This document shows, one piece after another, positions 1 to 5,478 of a stretch of 10,440 nucleotides of DNA. This DNA is from an uncultured Fibrobacteraceae bacterium. GTDB taxonomy: Bacteria > Krumholzibacteriota > Krumholzibacteriia > LZORAL124-64-63. Positions within the stretch are counted from its first letter, which is position 1; every line of letters starts with the position of its first letter. The translations under genes and the position numbers were made by a program. The notes under the pieces were generated by a model. The model did no database searches. It was not told the DNA's origin and worked only from the letters and a program-made list of their open reading frames with translations. The stretch is taken from the NCBI GenBank assembly GCA_964559455.1, contig CAZLHO010000079.1:1-10440 (forward strand), read 5' to 3'.

Positions 1-94
1 GGGGTATATCTCTGTATCCTCGGGGAAAGTGATCTTGTCACCGTTCGGTAAAGTAATGGCAGAACATTTCATAGGCATTGAGAGACTTAACAGA

Positions 95-116
95 ATCCGC
101 GCTTCCTGGGCGCGAT
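95..116 (-). terminator. weak candidate terminator downstream of the MBL hydrolase gene
   Basis: The inverted repeat CGCGC-ttcctgg-GCGCG (98-114) is followed on the minus strand by GATTCTGTTAAGTCTCTC, which is moderately U-rich. It starts 12 nt after the stop codon at 126-128. Confidence 0.22.
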
Positions 117-125
117 CGGCGTGCT

Positions 126-1031
126 CTAGTCCCCCTGCAGCGACAGGTAGACCATGTGGGTGAATTCCGCGGGCGGGAACATCGCGCTCCCGAACTCGGC
201 GTCCACCTCGGCGGTGGCCTTCGCCGCCAGGATCTCCTCGAGCGACTTGCCCTCGGCCACCAGCGGCGCCACGGCGTCGCGGAAGCGCTGCAGCATGCCG
301 CGGTAGACGCGCAGCTCGTCGAGCGTGCCCACCGGACCGTGCCCCGGCACGATGCGGGTGTCCGGGCCGCACATCCCGATCAGAGTGTCGACGTTCGCGA
401 TCATGCCGTCGATGGTGCCGCCGTGCGCGGTGTCGATGTAGGGGTAGCCGCAGTTGAAGAAGAGGTCGCCGGCGTGCAGCACGTCGGCGCCGGGCAGGTG
501 GACGATCAGGTCGCCGCCGGTGTGGCCGGCGGGCAGATGGCGGATCTCGACCGTCTCGGCGCCCCAGCGGACCGTCAGGGCGTCGTCGATCAGCAGGCTG
601 GGCAGCGCGCCGGCCGGCGAGGCCTCCACGTCGTGGTCCAGCACGTCCAGGTGCTGGGGCGCGGCCATCCAGTCCAGCGCGGTGCGGTGCGCCGCGATCA
701 CGGCGCCGGCCGCGTTCAGGGCCTCGTTGCCGCCGACGTGATCGAAATGCCAGTGGGTGTCGACGACCAGCCGCACCGGGCCGGAGTCCAGGGCGGCCAC
801 GGCGTCGATCTGTTTCCCGGCCATCTCGACGTAGTCCGCGTCGACCAGCAGCACGCCGCCGGGACCGGAGACGGCCATCACGTTGCCGCCGGCGCCGGCC
901 AGGACGTGCACGTTCTCCGCCAGTTCCAGCGTGCGCACCGGGATGGCGCTGAAGTCCTGGGCCAGGGCCGCGCCGGCCCCGCAGGCCGTCAGCGCCGCCA
1001 GGGCGACCATCGAGAATCTCTTCATCCGCAT
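126..1031 (-). CDS. secreted metallo-beta-lactamase-fold metallo-hydrolase
   Basis: The translation has the HxHxDH zinc motif (THWHFDHVGG) and further His/Asp ligands downstream (HLPAGHTGGD, HAGD, GHG). The N-terminal signal peptide is MRMKRFSMVALAALTACGAGAALA. An AAGGAG ribosome-binding site sits 8 nt upstream of the ATG at 1031. Codon third positions are strongly GC-rich. The 356-aa ORF on the opposite strand (78..1148) is a shadow frame. Confidence 0.85.
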   Translation of the reverse strand: MRMKRFSMVALAALTACGAGAALAQDFSAIPVRTLELAENVHVLAGAGGNVMAVSGPGGVLLVDADYVEMAGKQIDAVAALDSGPVRLVVDTHWHFDHVGGNEALNAAGAVIAAHRTALDWMAAPQHLDVLDHDVEASPAGALPSLLIDDALTVRWGAETVEIRHLPAGHTGGDLIVHLPGADVLHAGDLFFNCGYPYIDTAHGGTIDGMIANVDTLIGMCGPDTRIVPGHGPVGTLDELRVYRGMLQRFRDAVAPLVAEGKSLEEILAAKATAEVDAEFGSAMFPPAEFTHMVYLSLQGD

Positions 1032-1063
1032 CGCATCCGCTCCTTGCTCGGGGTCCGATTCAG

Positions 1064-1079
1064 GGCGGGCGCGCCCGCC
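1064..1079. repeat. perfect 16-bp GC-only palindrome GGCGGGCGCGCCCGCC in the divergent MBL/thioesterase intergenic region
   Basis: It is exactly self-complementary. It lies 33 nt upstream of the MBL gene start (on the minus strand) and about 40 nt upstream of the candidate thioesterase promoter. It shares the 10-mer GCGCCCGCCG with the palindrome at 1727-1741. Confidence 0.3.
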
Positions 1080-1120
1080 GTCACGACCTTGCCCCGCGCC
1101 GGGCCGCCGGTCAAGCGCGC

Positions 1121-1149
1121 TCGACGCCTCGCCGCCGACAGGCTATGAT
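1121..1149 (+). promoter_or_regulatory. candidate promoter for the thioesterase gene (TCGACG-N17-TATGAT)
   Basis: TCGACG lies at 1121-1126 and TATGAT at 1144-1149 with a 17-nt spacer. The predicted transcription start is about 30 nt upstream of the preferred start codon at 1187. Confidence 0.25.
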
Positions 1150-1186
1150 CGCCGGGCAGCTCCATTCCCCCTTCTGGGAGGTCACG

Positions 1187-1582
1187 ATGCCCGGTCCTTG
1201 CGACGCTCCGGCGATCCGCGTGCTCATGATGCCGCGGGACACCAACGCCCACGGCACCATCTTCGGCGGCGTGATCCTGAGCCACATCGACCAGGCCGGA
1301 GCCATCGGCGCCTACCGCGCCGGCTGCGAGCGCGTGGTCACCGTCGCCATGGACAAGGTGGAGTTCCACCAGCCGGTGCACGTGGGGGATCTGGTCAGCT
1401 TCCACGCCCAGGAACTGCGCCGCGGCAACACTTCGATCACCATTTGCGTGGAGGTCGACGCCGAGGGTCGGGGCGAAGACACCCCGCGCCGGGTGACCCG
1501 GGCCGAGCTGACCTACGTCAACATCGACGCCGCGGGGCGCCCGACGCCGATCGGGAGTCCAGGCGCCGGAAACGGCGGCTAG
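1187..1582 (+). CDS. hotdog-fold acyl-CoA thioesterase (YciA-like)
   Basis: The translation aligns well with the YciA/4HBT thioesterase family (MPRDTNAHGTIFGGVILSHIDQAGAIGAY..RVVTVAMDKVEFHQPVHVGDLVSF..GNTSITICVEV). I prefer the ATG at 1187, preceded by GGGAGG (1176-1181) with a 5-nt spacer, over the upstream in-frame ATG at 1145. Confidence 0.85.
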   Translation: MPGPCDAPAIRVLMMPRDTNAHGTIFGGVILSHIDQAGAIGAYRAGCERVVTVAMDKVEFHQPVHVGDLVSFHAQELRRGNTSITICVEVDAEGRGEDTPRRVTRAELTYVNIDAAGRPTPIGSPGAGNGG

Positions 1583-1683
1583 AGGCCGATTGGCCGGGAT
1601 TTTTGCCGACAACGCCCCATAAGAGACTAGGAATAAACCATTTATAAAATATCGCCTGTGGCCGAAAAATGCGCCCGCGGGTC

Positions 1684-1713
1684 TTGACGGCAAGCCCTCA
1701 TCGGAACTAGATT
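1684..1713 (+). promoter_or_regulatory. candidate sigma70-type promoter for the speH-SET operon (TTGACG-N18-TAGATT)
   Basis: TTGACG lies at 1684-1689 and TAGATT at 1708-1713 with an 18-nt spacer. It sits in the only AT-rich stretch upstream of speH (1583-1750). The predicted leader is about 110 nt. Confidence 0.3.
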
Positions 1714-1726
1714 TCTCCCCTGTTTT

Positions 1727-1741
1727 GCGCCCGCCGGGCGC
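1727..1741. repeat. perfect 7-1-7 inverted repeat GCGCCCG-C-CGGGCGC in the speH leader
   Basis: The arms are exactly complementary. It lies just downstream of the candidate speH promoter (about +7 to +21). On the plus strand it is preceded, not followed, by a T-run, so it is unlikely to be a terminator. Confidence 0.3.
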
Positions 1742-1832
1742 GACATCATGATGCCGTCCAAAGCCTGGGCCCCCCGGTGCAGACCCGAAGACGGCGACGT
1801 TTTCCGACCTTTCGAAACGGGGGGTTCATGGA

Positions 1833-2204
1833 TTGTACAAGGGCAAACACCTCTTAGTCGATTGCCGCAACGTTCCGCGCGAGATCTGCCTCGACGACCG
1901 GTTCCTGCTGATCGCCCTGGCCGAGGCCGCGGAGCAGGCCGGCGCCACGGTCATCTCCCAGATCCGGTACAAGTTCGGCAGCGAGTCGCCTCCGGGCTGC
2001 ACGGCCATCGTCATGCTGGACGAGAGCCACTGCTCGGCGCACACCTACGCCGACCAGGGCCTGGTCGCCCTCGACTTCTTCACCTGCGGGACCACCGATC
2101 CCTGGCAGGTGTGGAGGCTGATCGAGGCCAAGCTGCCGGGCGTCGAGGCCACCGTGCGCGAAGTCGACCGGTTCACGCCCGCGGGGGAACCCGCGCGCGT
2201 ATGA
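1833..2204 (+). CDS. speH: S-adenosylmethionine decarboxylase proenzyme, class 1b pyruvoyl-dependent (SpeH-like; an arginine-decarboxylase paralogue cannot be excluded)
   Basis: At 123 aa, this has the hallmark motifs of the small bacterial/archaeal AdoMetDC family: GKHLLVDCRNV at the N-terminus, the self-cleavage site DESHCSAHTY (the Glu-Ser bond, where Ser becomes pyruvoyl), DFFTCG and DPW. The start is a TTG at 1833, preceded by GGGGGG (1819-1824) with an 8-nt spacer. It is the first start codon in the open frame after a TGA at 1749-1751. Confidence 0.78.
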   Translation: MYKGKHLLVDCRNVPREICLDDRFLLIALAEAAEQAGATVISQIRYKFGSESPPGCTAIVMLDESHCSAHTYADQGLVALDFFTCGTTDPWQVWRLIEAKLPGVEATVREVDRFTPAGEPARV

Positions 2205-2698
2205 CACCGACGTCCCGGGCGGTCATCGTCGGGGATTGCAGCTTGGGCAAGGGACTCTACGCCGGCAGGCCCTTTTCCGCCGGCGAGAGGATCCTGAACC
2301 TGAGCGGCTGCCGCTTCGACCGCGACGACCCCATCCATCACCTCGCCGTCGGAGCGAACCTGCTCCAGACGGGCCGGCTCACGTATATCCTGCTCGAGCC
2401 GCCCGGCGTCTTCGCGAACCACTCCTGCAATCCCAACGCCGGCATCTTGGGCAACCGCCATCTCGTCGCCATCCGCGCGATCGCCGCGGGCGAGGAGATC
2501 CGCTACGACTACTCCACGACCATGGACGAGGATTACTGGACCCTGGACTGCCGTTGCGGGGAACCGGGATGCCGCGGCCTGGTCCGGGACTTCAAGTACC
2601 TGCCGCCCGAACTGCAGCGCCGCTACCTGGACCTGGGGATCGTGCAGGGATTCATCGCCCGGCGCTGCCGGTCGCGTCTGGCGTCGCAGGCCAGCTAG
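2201..2698 (+). CDS. minimal SET-domain protein methyltransferase with post-SET Cys cluster
   Basis: At 165 aa, it carries the SET-N GxG motif (LGKGLYAG), the SAM-binding/pseudoknot motif FANHSCNPN, the catalytic-Tyr motif EEIRYDY, and the post-SET Zn motif CRCGEPGCRG. The ATG at 2201 overlaps the speH TGA (2202-2204) as ATGA, which indicates translational coupling. The long in-frame N-terminal extension back to 1748 is an R/G/P-rich shadow of speH and was not called. Confidence 0.8.
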   Translation: MTPTSRAVIVGDCSLGKGLYAGRPFSAGERILNLSGCRFDRDDPIHHLAVGANLLQTGRLTYILLEPPGVFANHSCNPNAGILGNRHLVAIRAIAAGEEIRYDYSTTMDEDYWTLDCRCGEPGCRGLVRDFKYLPPELQRRYLDLGIVQGFIARRCRSRLASQAS

Positions 2699-2701
2699 GG
2701 A

Positions 2702-4003
2702 TCAGTCCTCGACTTCGCGCAGGAACCAGGCCAGCCCGCCGCCGGCCAAACCCAGCATGGCGAAGACCAGCACCACCCCGCGGGCGCCGATCGCCGGAGC
2801 CAGCAGGCCGACCGAACCGCTCAGCAGCAGCACGACCCCGATCAGGGTGTTGCTGACCGCCACGTACGAGGCCCGCCGGTCGGCCGGGGCCATGTCCAGG
2901 ATGTAGACCTGGCGTCCGACGCGGATGCCGGTGTGGGCCAGCGCCACCAGCAGGTAGAGCCCGCCGTAGACGGCCAGCGCCCAGTTCCCCGACACTGCGA
3001 AGCCCGAGACCAGGAAGGTGGCCACCCCGATCAGGCCGACGGCCAGGCCGGCCACGGACAGGGTCCGCCGGCTGGAGCGGTCGGCCTGCCAGCCCCAGAC
3101 CGGGGCGCTGAGGGCCTTGGCCGCGCTCGCGGCCACCATCAGCACGCCCAGGCCGGCCAGCCGCCCGGCGGTGGCCTCGCGGGCCAGGATCACGTAGTAG
3201 GGCATCGAGAGCACCGTGCCGGCCAGCAGGGCGCGCGCGATGCAGAAGTTGCGGAAGTCCACGTCGGCGGCCAGGAAGCGCAGGCTGTGCAGGGCCACCT
3301 TCAGGGCGTTGCCGCCCCCCTCGACGGCGCCGGGCAGTTCGACGACCCGCGCCATCGTCAACGCGCCGGCCAGCCAGGCCGCGCCGGCGACCGTCAGCAG
3401 CAGGGCGAACTGCCGCCCCCCGAAGCCTTCCGGATCGCTCACGGCGAAGAAGAGCCCCACCCCCAGGGCGATCCCTCCCGCCGCCATCTCGGCCAGGCCG
3501 CTCAGGCGCCCGCGGCGGGTGCGGGGGATCGTCTTGCCCTGGATATCCTTCGACGAGACCGAGCTCGCCGCGCGTCCGAAGCTGAAGACGGCCAGCAGGG
3601 CGACCGTCGTCCAGCCCGCCGCCGCTCCCCGCAGCAAGGCGGCCGTCAACGCGATCGAGAGCACGGCCGCCGCCTGCACGACCGCGCCGCCCACCCAGAA
3701 ATGCTTGCGGATCGGCCGGCGGCGCAGCGCGCCGCCGATCGCCAACTGGGGCAGCAATGCGCCGGCCTCGCGCACGGGCACCAGCATGCCGATCGCCGCG
3801 GCCGGCGCCCCGAGGACGGACAGCATCCAGGTCAACACGAGCTTGGGATCGCTCAGGGCGTCGCCCAGCTTGGTCGCGGTCTGGGCGCCGAGCAGGCGGA
3901 AGAAGTTGGCGGGCACGTCGGTGCAGGCCGCCTCGGGGATGTCCTTGCAGACGCGGGCGTTCTCTTCCTCGTTCGCGATCAGGGCGTAAAGGCGCTCGCG
4001 CAC
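2702..4003 (-). CDS. MFS-type transporter, 12 predicted TM helices, with a cytoplasmic N-terminal extension of about 45 aa
   Basis: At 433 aa, it shows hydrophobic helix periodicity throughout. A basic loop (RTRRGRLSG) follows TM helices 3-4 and the inter-domain loop (RQVYILDMAPADRRAS) follows TM8, both in MFS-motif-A-like positions. The GTG start at 4003 lies 1 nt after the stop of the upstream POT gene (TGAgGTG), so the two form an operon. It converges on the SET gene with only 3 nt between the stop codons. Confidence 0.78.
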   Translation of the reverse strand: MRERLYALIANEEENARVCKDIPEAACTDVPANFFRLLGAQTATKLGDALSDPKLVLTWMLSVLGAPAAAIGMLVPVREAGALLPQLAIGGALRRRPIRKHFWVGGAVVQAAAVLSIALTAALLRGAAAGWTTVALLAVFSFGRAASSVSSKDIQGKTIPRTRRGRLSGLAEMAAGGIALGVGLFFAVSDPEGFGGRQFALLLTVAGAAWLAGALTMARVVELPGAVEGGGNALKVALHSLRFLAADVDFRNFCIARALLAGTVLSMPYYVILAREATAGRLAGLGVLMVAASAAKALSAPVWGWQADRSSRRTLSVAGLAVGLIGVATFLVSGFAVSGNWALAVYGGLYLLVALAHTGIRVGRQVYILDMAPADRRASYVAVSNTLIGVVLLLSGSVGLLAPAIGARGVVLVFAMLGLAGGGLAWFLREVED

Positions 4004-4004
4004 C

Positions 4005-5351
4005 TCACACCGCCTGGCGCGCGTCCAATCGGCGCGTGACCGCGATGTAGACGACCAGCGCCGTCAGCGAGATCAGGCCGACGACGACGTAGGCGTACCA
4101 CAGGTAGTGGGCCTGGGCGTAGACCTCGGGCATGGGCCCCTGGCCGACCAGGGCCAGGTCGTGGGCGGCGCGAGTGGCCTCGTCCAACGTGCCCGGCTCC
4201 GGGCAATACTTCCTGAGCAGGAATCCCGAGAAGATGAAGCCGAAGATCCAGGCGAAGAAGGTGTTCATGTGGGCGAAGCCGAGGAAAGTGCCCTCCTTGC
4301 CCTTGGGCGCCTGCAGCGAGGCGAACTCCAGCCACTTGGGACTCAGGAAGCACTCGGCGATGCCCTGGATCGAGATGCCGATGATCATCATGAAGGTGAT
4401 CGGATGCATCTGGAGCCCGAAGATGTTGACCATGCCGTGGAACCACGCGGACGCGGCCATGGACACCGCAGAGAGCGGGATCAGCATCATGGCGACCAGT
4501 ATCGCGTTCTGCGGCTTCCACTTGCGAATCAACTGCGTGATCATCACGACGAAGATCACGACCACCAGCGGGTTGATGTTCGCGTACCACTCGGGCTTGT
4601 AGGTCTCGCCGGCCATGCGCAGCACGTAGTCGGGCATCGAGGCGTAGAGCTGGCCCTGGATCGCCCAGAAGCCGGCGGTGATCAGGATCAGGAAGAGGAA
4701 GCGCAGGTTGCTCATCGCCATCCACATGCCCTGGAGCGTTTCCTTCACCGTCCTGCTCTGGCCCTGGCCGTCGCCCTTGTCCGGGAAGTAGATCAGCGCC
4801 ACCAGGATCAACGCGATCAGGGCGGCGGCCGCCGAGAACCAGGGCACGTTCTCGACGCCCAGGTCGATCCGGATCGGGGCCACGATGGTCTTTCCGGTGA
4901 ACGAACCGATGTTCACGACCATGTAGAATATCGAGAAGGCCCGCGCCCGGTTCGCCTCGTCGGAGGACTTGCTCACCGTTCCGGTGATGACCGGCTTGAC
5001 GATCGCGCCTCCCAGCACGATCAGCACGAGGCCGACAATCACCGGACCGAGAGTGCTGAACATCCCCAGCGCGCTGTAGCCCGCCGTCAGCAGCGCGAAG
5101 GCCGCCATCAGGGCGTAGCGGAAGCCGATGCGATCGGCCAGGGCGCCGGTGAAGAAGGGCACCAGGTAGATCCAGCCGCCGAACATGCCGGCCACCAGGC
5201 CGGCCTCCACGTCGTCCAGGCCGACGACGCGGATCAGGTAGGTGCGCAGGGCGATGAAGGTGCCGTAGTAGGCGGCGCGTTCGCAGAGCTCGGCGACGTT
5301 GCCGGTCCAGAACATCCGGGGAAAGCGCCAGGTCGTCGCGGCCTGGGACAT
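4005..5351 (-). CDS. POT/PTR2-family proton-dependent oligopeptide transporter
   Basis: At 448 aa, it has the PTR2 signature ELCERAAYYG near the N-terminus and GGWIYLVPFFTGALADRIGFRYAL, which corresponds to the DtpA/DtpT motif-2 region. About 12 TM segments are predicted. A GGAGG ribosome-binding site lies 6 nt upstream of the ATG at 5351. Confidence 0.7.
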   Translation of the reverse strand: MSQAATTWRFPRMFWTGNVAELCERAAYYGTFIALRTYLIRVVGLDDVEAGLVAGMFGGWIYLVPFFTGALADRIGFRYALMAAFALLTAGYSALGMFSTLGPVIVGLVLIVLGGAIVKPVITGTVSKSSDEANRARAFSIFYMVVNIGSFTGKTIVAPIRIDLGVENVPWFSAAAALIALILVALIYFPDKGDGQGQSRTVKETLQGMWMAMSNLRFLFLILITAGFWAIQGQLYASMPDYVLRMAGETYKPEWYANINPLVVVIFVVMITQLIRKWKPQNAILVAMMLIPLSAVSMAASAWFHGMVNIFGLQMHPITFMMIIGISIQGIAECFLSPKWLEFASLQAPKGKEGTFLGFAHMNTFFAWIFGFIFSGFLLRKYCPEPGTLDEATRAAHDLALVGQGPMPEVYAQAHYLWYAYVVVGLISLTALVVYIAVTRRLDARQAV

Positions 5352-5430
5352 GTCGGTCCTCCGGGAAAGGGATACGGGCCTGCGGTCGCGGCCCTTCGAT
5401 TCAGCGGGTCGGCGTGCGGGAACAAACTTC

Positions 5431-5450
5431 GGGCGATTCTAGGCGGGAAT
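5431..5450. promoter_or_regulatory. related motif GATTCTAGgcgGGAATC (inverted repeat GATTC-N7-GAATC, containing ATTCTAG); CTAGAAT on the minus strand
   Basis: It lies 85 nt upstream of the POT transporter start (5351) on the minus strand and shares GATTCTAG with the 6598 copy. CTAG occurs in this window only at stop codons and in these intergenic motifs. Confidence 0.2.
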
Positions 5451-5478
5451 CAAGCCCGGAGCAACGCAGAAGGCGTCG

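Noticed and set aside
1-77. tRNA or other small RNA gene in the AT-shifted left edge
   Set aside because: There is no cloverleaf-compatible arm set, no CCA or T-loop GTTC consensus, and no recognisable conserved RNA motifs.
78-1148. 356-aa ORF on the plus strand covering the whole MBL hydrolase gene
   Set aside because: It is an Arg/Gly/Ala/Val-rich translation with no motifs and no signal, typical of an antisense shadow frame in high-GC DNA. The minus-strand frame carries the HxHxDH motif and a signal peptide.
883-1693. ORFs 883..1647 (+), 1022..1693 (-) and 1111..1305 (-) overlapping the thioesterase and the intergenic region
   Set aside because: They are low-complexity Arg/Pro/Gly-rich frames that cross the divergent promoter region, with no ribosome-binding site or motif support. 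The thioesterase frame matches YciA-family residues.
1714-1832. Possible SAM riboswitch in the speH leader
   Set aside because: I could not find the conserved S-box (SAM-I) or SAM-II consensus elements by eye. It is retained only as something to test with Rfam, not called as a feature.
1748-2200. In-frame N-terminal extension that would make the SET protein 316 aa
   Set aside because: The extension (MMPSKAWAPRCRPEDGD...RGHRARSRPVHARGG) is R/G/P-rich low-complexity sequence read out of frame across speH. The speH frame has family-defining motifs, and the ATG at 2201 overlapping the speH stop codon is the natural start.
2236-4050. Plus-strand ORFs 2236..2856, 2933..4039, 3216..3989 and 3757..4050 antisense to the MFS gene
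   Set aside because: They have extreme Arg/Ala/Pro/Gly/Gln composition and no hydrophobic periodicity. The minus strand encodes a coherent 12-TM protein.
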